A DNA stretch of 38,885 nucleotides from a virus: IMG/VR virus record IMGVR_UViG_3300023213_000414; one strand, given 5' to 3'. Below are positions 27,559-34,344 of the stretch, one piece after another. The position numbers and the translations under genes were made by a program. The notes under the pieces are model-generated. The model did no database searches. It was not told where the DNA came from and was given only the letters and a program-made list of their open reading frames with translations. How positions within the stretch are numbered: position 1 is the first letter of the stretch; the number at the start of each line of letters is the position of its first letter.

Positions 27559-28372
27559 GAGTTATTCTGAGACCATTACCTATAATTCGGCGGCCTCTTT
27601 TTCCTTTGATTCTACCTTGGTTCAGGTTCTAGCGGGAGCACTTACCTTGGTTGGCCCTCCATATACTCTTACAAACCCCATCACAACAAGTCAGCATCAA
27701 AACACCATTTCAGGGTTAACTTCGTTTTCTGAAGTCAGCACCCTTCCGGCGAATACCGCCATTCAATACCAATTGGTATTAAACGCGATTCCTTATTGGT
27801 ACAACTCAGTCTTGGCTAGCTGGCAGGTAAGTAACGGGACTTTCGCCCAAAGTAACCCAGCGTCCGTAATCAACACTCAGGCTCCGAATCTATTCTCTCA
27901 GCTCAACTTAATAACCCCACAATTCATGGGGCTTAACATTTTTTTGAACACGACAAACAATCTTAACGCACCTATACTAACGAGCAACACTATTGGGTAT
28001 TCATGGGTAAACTCTAATGCGACAGCAATCAACCAATGCCTTATTACTGGCTTTTTGGCCGATTTACTTGGTGGTAATCCTTTACCTACTCCAGCTAACC
28101 CAGTTCAGTTACTTATCGGATGCGATCGCGGTTTTATGCATGGGAATCATTTTGTTGAACCCTTTACGAAGATATTTAATTTCAACGCTTCTGGGTATTT
28201 ATCGGCAAACACCATCGAGACTGCGACACCAGGAGTAAAACTAAATTTTTCGATTACCTATTCTGATGGTTTGAGTCTAAAGACCACAAAACTTGTAAGC
28301 GCAATCGTGCCGAATCAACCACAAATCAGTCTTTCAAACTTAACAACACCCGTTCCATATGACTTCGGGTAA
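27557..28372 (+). CDS. Asn/Thr/Ser-rich protein (271 aa), possibly virion/tail-associated
   Basis: ATG at 27557 with GGAGG 9 nt upstream. Composition is like fibre or adaptor proteins. Function not established. Confidence 0.45.
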   Translation: MSYSETITYNSAASFSFDSTLVQVLAGALTLVGPPYTLTNPITTSQHQNTISGLTSFSEVSTLPANTAIQYQLVLNAIPYWYNSVLASWQVSNGTFAQSNPASVINTQAPNLFSQLNLITPQFMGLNIFLNTTNNLNAPILTSNTIGYSWVNSNATAINQCLITGFLADLLGGNPLPTPANPVQLLIGCDRGFMHGNHFVEPFTKIFNFNASGYLSANTIETATPGVKLNFSITYSDGLSLKTTKLVSAIVPNQPQISLSNLTTPVPYDFG

Positions 28373-28391
28373 TATTTAAAGGGAGGTCAAG

Positions 28392-28601
28392 ATGCATCGA
28401 AGACCATCGGCCCATGAAAGTAGGAGCGGTGAAAAATTCATCAAAGGGGCAATAAAACATCCTGGTGCTTTACATAAACAGTTGGGTGTTCCAGAGGGAC
28501 AAAAAATACCTTCGGCAAAGCTCGCTAAAGCGGCCCACGCCGGAGGAAAACTTGGTCAAAGAGCTAGGTTTGCCCAAACCTTAAAAAAACTTCATAAGTG
28601 A
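28392..28601 (+). CDS. Small basic protein (69 aa)
   Basis: ORF with AGGGAGG upstream. Lys/Ala/Gly-rich (GALHKQLGVPEGQKIPSAKLAKAAHAGGKLGQRARFA). Confidence 0.45.
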   Translation: MHRRPSAHESRSGEKFIKGAIKHPGALHKQLGVPEGQKIPSAKLAKAAHAGGKLGQRARFAQTLKKLHK

Positions 28602-28609
28602 GGTGATCC

Positions 28610-28909
28610 GTGCCCGCTAAAAGCAAAGCCCAGGCTAGATTCATGAGGGCGGCCCTCTCGGGAACCCTTAAGAGCGATGGCCCTAGCAAATCAATTGCTA
28701 GTGAATTTGTTTCTGGAGTTCCTACAAAAGGACTTCCCGAGAGAATTGGTAGCTCTGGAGTAACTGGAAACCCAGGTCCTACGAGACCAAGACGACCAAG
28801 CGGATTCGAAAGCAGAGAAGGTTCCAAGAATTACATGAGAAATAATCCCACGGCCACAATGTTAGGTAGTTCAAAATCTGCTGGCAAAGGAGATAGATAT
28901 GGATACTAA
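28610..28909 (+). CDS. Small protein with DUF3008-like N-terminus
   Basis: GTG start after GAGGTG. MPAKSKAQARFMRAA...KGLPE resembles the MPAKSK...-type family I recall as DUF3008. Not verified. Confidence 0.4.
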   Translation: MPAKSKAQARFMRAALSGTLKSDGPSKSIASEFVSGVPTKGLPERIGSSGVTGNPGPTRPRRPSGFESREGSKNYMRNNPTATMLGSSKSAGKGDRYGY

Positions 28910-29138
28910 ATCTAGGTTTGATATATTTGATATATCTCATCCTCATTATGATCATCTAGGTATTTTCAAAGAAGGCGATCACATGGTTCAAGGATATTGG
29001 CCGATGGAATTAGTCTTAGGTTTGGATGCTACCGAAATAATGTATTACGAAAAAAATGGTGAAGATAGGGACGAAGACGAATTACAAAAATATCGTCACA
29101 ATCCAGAATCTTCTAAAGATAGGATATACGAGAGATAA
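28899..29138 (+). CDS. Hypothetical protein (79 aa)
   Basis: ORF overlapping the previous gene by 11 nt. Confidence 0.4.
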   Translation: MDTKSRFDIFDISHPHYDHLGIFKEGDHMVQGYWPMELVLGLDATEIMYYEKNGEDRDEDELQKYRHNPESSKDRIYER

Positions 29139-29139
29139 A

Positions 29140-29340
29140 ATGGCGGATTTTTATTTAATTAAATTACAAGATCATAGCGGTTCAATAACATGGGATGTTT
29201 TCCAATTAGATGATGTAAATACTGATAAGCCGAACAAGAGATGGAATGAATTTAAAAATAAGGGAATGACAGTCACTTATTTTGAGGCAACTGAAATCTT
29301 GGCCAACAGGAGAACTCAAAACAATAAACTTAGAACCTGA
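29140..29340 (+). CDS. Small protein, paralog A (66 aa)
   Basis: ATG 1 nt after the upstream TAA. MADFYLIKLQDHSGSITWDVF parallels the next gene's MGDFFLVKLTDWNDSGNYKVF. Confidence 0.5.
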   Translation: MADFYLIKLQDHSGSITWDVFQLDDVNTDKPNKRWNEFKNKGMTVTYFEATEILANRRTQNNKLRT

Positions 29341-29348
29341 GGTGAAAA

Positions 29349-29540
29349 ATGGGAGACTTTTTTTTAGTAAAACTTACGGATTGGAATGATTCTGGTAATT
29401 ACAAAGTTTTCGAAGGTCCAGATAACACAGCTGCATTAGCTTTCTATAACCAGAATAAACAGGCTTATCCTCAGGCTGCCTATTTCGATGTAAGCATCAA
29501 TCAACCCAACACTATCGTTCAGGATAATATGAACCCCTGA
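29349..29540 (+). CDS. Small protein, paralog B (63 aa)
   Basis: N-terminal similarity to the 29140..29340 product. GAGGTGAAAAATG initiation context. Confidence 0.5.
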   Translation: MGDFFLVKLTDWNDSGNYKVFEGPDNTAALAFYNQNKQAYPQAAYFDVSINQPNTIVQDNMNP

Positions 29541-29543
29541 TGA

Positions 29544-29900
29544 ATGATGAATCTTTTACAAAAGCAACAACTCTTTTCAGTAATGACGGCAAAGCTCATC
29601 GAAAAGGCGAGTGAACTTGGATTTGGATTAACGTTAGGAGAGGCGTGGCGTTCAGATGAGACCGCTAATCTCATGGCCCAAGAAGGAAAAGGTATTTGCA
29701 AGTCCGATCATAGGACAAGGCTAGCGATAGATGTTAATCTAATCCAAAATGGAAATTTTCTTACAGATCTGGAATCTTATAGGGCATTGGGCCAATGGTG
29801 GACCAGTCAATCAACGGATGAAATTGAATTCTGTTGGGGTGGAAACTTTCCAAAACCAGATGCTGATCATTTCTCTTTTGAGAATAATGGCATCCGATAG
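29544..29900 (+). CDS. Peptidase M15 (VanY/L-alanyl-D-glutamate peptidase-like) endolysin
   Basis: 118 aa. Zinc ligand pattern in SDHRTRLAIDV and PDADHFS. Overall pattern (LGEAWRS...Q...G...S.H..rlAiDv...wGG.f...D..HF) is typical of small M15 phage endolysins. Confidence 0.75.
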   Translation: MMNLLQKQQLFSVMTAKLIEKASELGFGLTLGEAWRSDETANLMAQEGKGICKSDHRTRLAIDVNLIQNGNFLTDLESYRALGQWWTSQSTDEIEFCWGGNFPKPDADHFSFENNGIR

Positions 29901-29908
29901 GAGGAAAA

Positions 29909-30202
29909 ATGTCTGTAAAACAGGTTTCGGTAAATGTCTGCGGAGAGGTTGATTCTCTTCTCGATGTTGTTCTAACAGCTATTAAAGACGTAAAAGCTGG
30001 GAAAAGTGCCCTATCGGTTGTGACAGATGTGGGTCCTACTTTGGTTGGGGTATTAACCTCCATCGGAGAGTTGTCTTCTGAGCTTAAGGATAGAACCGAT
30101 TTAGAAAGAACGATCGCTTTGAAGGCCGCTGACTTTGCGGATGTTCTGGTTCCAGTTCCTGCACCAGCTCCTGCTCCCGTCCCGGTTCCAACAAATCCTT
30201 AA
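29909..30202 (+). CDS. Hypothetical protein with C-terminal Pro-Ala/Pro-Val repeat
   Basis: 97-aa ORF after the endolysin. C-terminus VPVPAPAPAPVPVPTNP. A lysis-accessory role is possible but unsupported. Confidence 0.4.
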   Translation: MSVKQVSVNVCGEVDSLLDVVLTAIKDVKAGKSALSVVTDVGPTLVGVLTSIGELSSELKDRTDLERTIALKAADFADVLVPVPAPAPAPVPVPTNP

Positions 30203-30214
30203 AAGGAGGGCTCA

Positions 30215-30448
30215 ATGCCTTGGTGGTTATCATTTTTGATGCCTGTAGTGGAATATTTCGGGAAAAAAGCCCTTCAATATGGACTTTCCTGGGTTGAAAC
30301 AAAATACCCTGGTTCTAAGGCTATCGTGGATAAAATTCTAGGATGGCTTGGAGAACAGGCTAGCAATGGAAATCAAGATGCCGTGAAGGTACTAGCATCC
30401 CATGTAGACAATCTTGTCTCTAAAAATCCGGGTGTTGTTGCAAATTAA
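30215..30448 (+). CDS. Hypothetical protein (77 aa), short hydrophobic N-terminus
   Basis: ORF with AAGGAGG upstream, last gene before the terminator. MPWWLSFLMPVV is weakly hydrophobic and not a convincing holin. Confidence 0.4.
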   Translation: MPWWLSFLMPVVEYFGKKALQYGLSWVETKYPGSKAIVDKILGWLGEQASNGNQDAVKVLASHVDNLVSKNPGVVAN

Positions 30449-30502
30449 ACTGATTTGTGTGATCTAAGAATCCTTCGCTTCACTTACTCCAGTGGAAGAT
30501 AG

Positions 30503-30546
30503 GGTGCGGTTGACTTAGGCATTGGGTCAACTGCACCTTCCTTTTC
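30503..30546 (+). terminator. Rho-independent terminator of the plus-strand block
   Basis: 12-bp stem GGTGCGGTTGAC/GTCAACTGCACC (30503..30514 with 30526..30537, one G-T pair that works only on the plus strand), 11-nt loop, then TTCCTTTTC. Confidence 0.6.
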
Positions 30547-30760
30547 ACGGACCCTTGATCCGCTTAAGTTCACCTTTGATTTCTGCTATGTCTTTTTGGA
30601 TTTGCTCGATCTTAGGATTCAGATCATTGAGAGAGATTGTATTACTCGCAGTCGCCAGGTGAATATTAGCAAGCCAATAGGCTCCACCACCTATGACCAA
30701 CACTGCCGTTCCCAAGGGAATCCAAGTATTTTCAGTGAGGGTTCTTACGGTCTTCGTCAT
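30545..30760 (-). CDS. Single-pass membrane protein with coiled-coil tail (71 aa)
   Basis: TM segment WIPLGTAVLVIGGGAYWLANI followed by KIEQIQKDIAEIKGELKRIK. Last gene of the minus-strand early block. Confidence 0.45.
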   Translation of the reverse strand: MTKTVRTLTENTWIPLGTAVLVIGGGAYWLANIHLATASNTISLNDLNPKIEQIQKDIAEIKGELKRIKGP

Positions 30761-30774
30761 GTAAAAATCTTACA

Positions 30775-31053
30775 CTAACGTTCATATCGAAGCATGTATT
30801 GATAGAGCCTTCCTGCTTTTTCGAGATCGAATCTTCCGACGAAATATTTATTGCAATAAAAGCAGAGCAGGCCCCTTACCTTACCTGTCTTGTGGTTATG
30901 ATCGACACACAAAGCTCTCTTGAATAAGGAACTTGGTTTCCGGCATATGTCACAACAGCCCCCCTGAGATTTGAGTTTTCTATTGAAATCCTCAAGAGAG
31001 ATCCCAAACTTCTTCTTAAGGTATTGATCTTTTACTTTATCTTTCTTAGTCAT
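30775..31053 (-). CDS. Recombination endonuclease VII-family (His-Cys box) nuclease
   Basis: CCDICRKP...LCVDHNHKTGKVRGLLCFYCNKYFVG matches the Endonuclease_7 motif. I chose the ATG at 31053 (MTKKDKV...); the track start upstream runs through a GC-rich hairpin. Confidence 0.75.
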   Translation of the reverse strand: MTKKDKVKDQYLKKKFGISLEDFNRKLKSQGGCCDICRKPSSLFKRALCVDHNHKTGKVRGLLCFYCNKYFVGRFDLEKAGRLYQYMLRYER

Positions 31054-31057
31054 AAAC

Positions 31058-31110
31058 CGGCTGGGCGGTAGGGTTTGAACCCAATGGTTGTCGCGAGACC
31101 CGCCCAGCCG
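31058..31110 (-). other. GC-rich 11-bp stem-loop in a 93-nt intergenic spacer
   Basis: CGGCTGGGCGG (31058..31068) is perfectly complementary to CCGCCCAGCCG (31100..31110). The 31-nt loop contains GGGTTTGAACCC and GTCGCGAGAC sub-palindromes. On the minus strand the stem ends 4 nt before the endonuclease VII ATG. Confidence 0.5.
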
Positions 31111-31146
31111 ATTATCTCCCACCATTCGACTAATGGGAAACGCGTT

Positions 31147-31641
31147 TTATTTCCAAAGCTCTTCTTCTTTTCCTGTGTCGGGGTTCAACCACTTACCATA
31201 AAAGACCTTCTTATGCCCAATCTTTTTATCATCGTATTTACCCTCAAGGACCTTTGCTGGGGTGTCTGGACGAATAAAGAATTCAAAGTCAGCAAACCAA
31301 TGTCTTTCGTTTTCTCCGTTACAGAATTTGCTTTCGTTGATTTTAATGATCACATGAATCCAATAATTATCATCCGGATGTTCCTTCCATCTTTGGACGG
31401 CCGACTTATATCTATTTCCGGAAGTATTCATCGTTTGTACTTTAGGAAGATTCGAGTTTGACCATTGGTTCCAGATAAAAGCTAATGGCGGAAGGTCAGT
31501 AGAAGGAAGTCTCTCTTCTTTTTTCTTTTCCTTTTTTGAAGTTAACTTCACCAGTTCCCCGTGGATATCTCTAAGAAGATTAACTTGGAGAAGAAGCGTG
31601 TCTTGAAGGAGATTGTAGATATCGTCTATGTGAGTAGCCAT
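31147..31641 (-). CDS. Hypothetical protein, possibly DnaD/replication-associated C-terminal domain
   Basis: 164 aa. The C-terminal pattern RWKEHPDDNYWIHVIIKINESKFCNGENERHWFADFEFFIRPDTPAKVLEGKY resembles conserved phage replication-associated C-terminal domains. Recalled, not verified. Confidence 0.35.
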   Translation of the reverse strand: MATHIDDIYNLLQDTLLLQVNLLRDIHGELVKLTSKKEKKKEERLPSTDLPPLAFIWNQWSNSNLPKVQTMNTSGNRYKSAVQRWKEHPDDNYWIHVIIKINESKFCNGENERHWFADFEFFIRPDTPAKVLEGKYDDKKIGHKKVFYGKWLNPDTGKEEELWK

Positions 31642-31654
31642 ATGCTATATCGCA

Positions 31655-32056
31655 TTATATCGATCTTCCTATTCCTGGAATATGACTACTAAACTCCGGC
31701 AAACCATCTCCATCTACGCAACACCAAAGATGAAGACAATAGGGGTTGATATTCACGTGGTTCTTTTCTTCTGGAAAAACCATTATTGCCTTATTATTTT
31801 TTCCTACGAAAAGTCTTTTTACTTCGGTAATCTCTTCGTAATTTGGAAGCCTGTCTTTCCTGGAAAAAGAAACATGGACCGAGTGTTTTCCGTCTGATTT
31901 CTTGGTATTGTCTATCAAAACCAGAAGATGCCTATTTCGATAAGCTCTTTGCATTGGTGGAGGTTCCATTGCTGGAATTTCTTTCCAATCGATAGGAAGA
32001 ATTGGGATTATCCAATCCATAGCCTCTACTTCGATAGCTCTATCTATTACGTTCAT
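31655..32056 (-). CDS. Conserved phage hypothetical protein (133 aa)
   Basis: ORF with HVSFSRKDRLPNYEEITEVKRLF...VNINPYCLHLW, a pattern I recall from many phage genomes. Function unknown. Confidence 0.45.
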   Translation of the reverse strand: MNVIDRAIEVEAMDWIIPILPIDWKEIPAMEPPPMQRAYRNRHLLVLIDNTKKSDGKHSVHVSFSRKDRLPNYEEITEVKRLFVGKNNKAIMVFPEEKNHVNINPYCLHLWCCVDGDGLPEFSSHIPGIGRSI

Positions 32057-32289
32057 TGATACACCTCTGGTCTACATTTCGGACAAGGAACTTTCTCTAA
32101 AGCTTGTGGTAGTCCTATCTGTGGTTGAATGTAAGCTCTAAGAACAGATTGTTTGTAACCACAGATTCCGCAATATGGAATTGGAGCTCCTCGGAGGTTA
32201 TCCTTCTTTTCAGATCGTTTAATCATAAAACCCCAAGAACGCGAACCGTGTTCAGTGTTTCCCAGAGGGTTTGAGGTTCCAGAAGACAA
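32053..32289 (-). CDS. Small zinc-ribbon protein (78 aa)
   Basis: CGICGYK...CPKC. TTG start 5 nt after the strong purine SD AAGGGGGAGGGGGG. An internal ATG (MIKRSEKK) is the alternative start. Confidence 0.4.
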   Translation of the reverse strand: MSSGTSNPLGNTEHGSRSWGFMIKRSEKKDNLRGAPIPYCGICGYKQSVLRAYIQPQIGLPQALEKVPCPKCRPEVYQ

Positions 32290-32307
32290 AAGAACCCCCC
32301 TCCCCCT

Positions 32308-32776
32308 TAATAAGATACTATTCCCTGGCTCATCGCGCCTGTATGCCGGGATTATGTATTTTCCCTTAGCGCAACTAACTACCTGCTTAGTGGACGACGG
32401 CGTAATACAGCGATGCGACTAGCTAGCACCTGGGCCCCTTAGTCCCCTCGGTGGTCCGTCCCACTTTCCGATAAACCTTTCCCGTCAGGAATCGGTCCGT
32501 CAGACAACTCTGTTTCCACAAGGAGCTCACTCTTGGAAACTATGCTTATAGGGTTTCCCCTAGAAGAATCTGAAGATCCCACAGCTTCATAGGCAGTGCC
32601 GCCTCAGCTGATGTAGGCCCGAGTCAGGGCCTTACCCCAATTTACTGGCTGAAAGGATGGATTGCTTATTAAACAGGAATGTGTTTAATGAATTCCATCC
32701 ATTTTCAGCCAATGGATGTAGCTTTACTAAGGGCTGATTGAAATGGTCAAGAAGTTTTTGGCGTATTCAATCGGCC
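32308..32776. ncRNA. ORF-free, GC-enriched, hairpin-dense region: candidate structured non-coding RNA (family unknown) or replication origin
   Basis: The track shows no ORF of 60 aa or more in any frame across about 470 nt of an otherwise tightly packed genome. Hand GC counts: 37/60 (32401..32460) and 36/60 (32581..32640), against 24/60 and 28/60 in flanking coding rows. Contains a 25-bp composite hairpin (32647..32710) and several other helices. Confidence 0.4.
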
Positions 32777-32989
32777 CTAGTAATTCTTAGGCTTTCCCTT
32801 CGGAACATACATATCTTCAGGTTCTCGCCCCCATTTATGGATAACGTTAGGATCATGCTGGGAGCAACAGTAGAAGGATTTGCTCGTTTCTAGGACCTTG
32901 AACTTCCTAGTGCAGCCAGGAGCCTGGCAGAAACGCCACTCCATCTTAAGTCTGTCTGGATACTTAGGGTCTGAGGTGGGGTTATCCAT
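32777..32989 (-). CDS. Small Cys/His-containing protein (70 aa)
   Basis: ORF with C..PGC...CCSQH. No clear SD. First ORF after the 33016..33054 terminator. Confidence 0.35.
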   Translation of the reverse strand: MDNPTSDPKYPDRLKMEWRFCQAPGCTRKFKVLETSKSFYCCSQHDPNVIHKWGREPEDMYVPKGKPKNY

Positions 32990-33015
32990 TTAACACGGTG
33001 CTAAAGCCAGAATTT

Positions 33016-33054
33016 AAGAAAAATGGGGTGTAAGACACTATTGCCCCACACCCC
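33016..33054 (-). terminator. Rho-independent terminator (minus strand) after the exported-protein genes
   Basis: On the minus strand: GGGGTGT (33054..33048), loop, ACACCCC (33031..33025), then ATTTTTCTT (33024..33016). Confidence 0.5.
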
Positions 33055-33123
33055 ACCAGTCCATGTTCATTTCCCATATAAGATTGTCGGCTGTGTTTTG
33101 GTTTATTTCAAATCCAGAGAAGA

Positions 33124-33597
33124 TTAGAAATTAGATCTGCATGTATAGTACGCGCAGTAATGTTGAGTCTGTCCGGGGCCGGCTGTGCAGGGTCCAGGGT
33201 CCAAATTGGCCAATCCGCTATTGGTGGTACCGCCTGCAATTGTGATTACGTCAGTAAAGACGTATCTTAAATGATGAACCTCGCAAGGATCAACTGGAGG
33301 ACCGAATCCAGCTGGAATCCATGTTCCCGATCTATATGTAATTCCACCACCTTCTGCAAAGCAGCCGTCGCCACCTAAAAAAGTTAAGCCAGTGCCGGAG
33401 GCACCGCCAGGGCCAAGATTGAAAGTTATGGAATTTATGTCAGTTAAAAAAGTACTGCAATCGGTAACAGACGCCTCTACTGGATATACGACTATAAGAG
33501 ACTTATCAACACCACCACAATTTGTGTCTCCGTTACTTTTCCATTGATTTGCAAAAAGATTGACGCAAAGAAACAATATAATGAATATACGATTCAT
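33124..33597 (-). CDS. Exported Cys-rich protein (157 aa)
   Basis: Signal peptide MNRIFIILFLCVNLFA/N. About 8 Cys in the mature part. Gly-rich. Confidence 0.5.
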   Translation of the reverse strand: MNRIFIILFLCVNLFANQWKSNGDTNCGGVDKSLIVVYPVEASVTDCSTFLTDINSITFNLGPGGASGTGLTFLGGDGCFAEGGGITYRSGTWIPAGFGPPVDPCEVHHLRYVFTDVITIAGGTTNSGLANLDPGPCTAGPGQTQHYCAYYTCRSNF

Positions 33598-33606
33598 AAA
33601 TTCTCC

Positions 33607-34317
33607 TTAATAGTTTAAATACGAGCGTCCAAAATAATTCGCCCCATCGAAGTAAAGATCCACAATATCGGTCTTATTTGCTCCGCTTCCTGTGGGAGAT
33701 ATTCCCCCTGACCATTTTACGGAGAGTGGCCAAGTGTATGTTCTTCCGCCTGTGGCATCTTGCAAGAAGTGAATGCGATACAATCCGCCTGTTTGAGTTC
33801 CCGCGATCGTGATAGTAACGTTAGCGGTCACCGTGGTTTTTTGGACCGGACAACTAGTAAAAGTAAGGGTAAGAGCGGCACCAGAATTTCCGGCGTTATT
33901 CTCACAAGGATCTCCTCTATATCCGTTTAAGGTAACTTGAGTTCCGATTAAGTCTACCGGCTGAGAATCATTAAACATCCTTGCGTGTCCATTAGCCCCA
34001 AAACCAAAAAACATAGTACCAAGCCCACCGTTGGCACCAAAACCGGCAGAAGATAAATAAATTCCAGAAAATCTTCCTTGATTTTCCTCTGGAAAAATCA
34101 AAGCATTTAATTGGGGGCTATAGATTATTCCAGAACTAATCAGATCTGGATGTTTCTTGAAATCACCTCCAAACATCGCAATTCCACCATCGGGGCACTG
34201 ATTATCCGTGCAAGAAACGGATTTTACGTTGAGTTTGGTTCCTTGAAAACCAGGAGGTGGTGCCGAGAGTAAATTAAAAGATAAAAGAAAAACAACGCCC
34301 AGAAAAATATTTTTCAT
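33607..34317 (-). CDS. Exported protein (236 aa) with conserved phage-type C-terminal beta domain
   Basis: Signal peptide MKNIFLGVVFLLSFNLLSA/P. The C-terminal LYRIHFLQDATGGRTYTWPLSVKWSGG...DIVDLYFDGANYFG resembles a module I recall at the C-termini of phage fibre/structural proteins. Unverified. Confidence 0.5.
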   Translation of the reverse strand: MKNIFLGVVFLLSFNLLSAPPPGFQGTKLNVKSVSCTDNQCPDGGIAMFGGDFKKHPDLISSGIIYSPQLNALIFPEENQGRFSGIYLSSAGFGANGGLGTMFFGFGANGHARMFNDSQPVDLIGTQVTLNGYRGDPCENNAGNSGAALTLTFTSCPVQKTTVTANVTITIAGTQTGGLYRIHFLQDATGGRTYTWPLSVKWSGGISPTGSGANKTDIVDLYFDGANYFGRSYLNY

Positions 34318-34344
34318 TCGACCCCCGAAATTAGGATCAGACTA

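Noticed and set aside
31058-31110. A possible tRNA gene, suggested by the T-arm-like GGGTTCAAACCC and the acceptor-like GC stem.
   Set aside because: Only about 53 nt lie between the stem ends, with no room for D and anticodon arms. The T-stem has a mismatch and there is no CCA or discriminator context. Kept only as a structured element.
32340-32480. RNase P RNA-like strings on the minus strand of the ORF desert: GGAAAGUGGGACGG (compare CR-I GGAAAGUCCGGGC) and ACAUAAUCCCGGCAUAC (compare CR-V ACAGAACCCGGCUUA), in the correct 5'-to-3' order.
   Set aside because: The two strings cannot form the P4 helix, because GGGA/UCCC is followed by non-complementary bases. CCCGGC instead pairs locally with GCCAGGG, and the spacing of about 130 nt is far too short. 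The resemblance is most likely chance.
32590-32640. A hammerhead-like CUGAUG box followed by a 6-bp stem (AGGCCC/GGGCCU).
   Set aside because: The stem is followed by UACCCC instead of the required GAAA core, and no matching stem I/III arrangement is visible.
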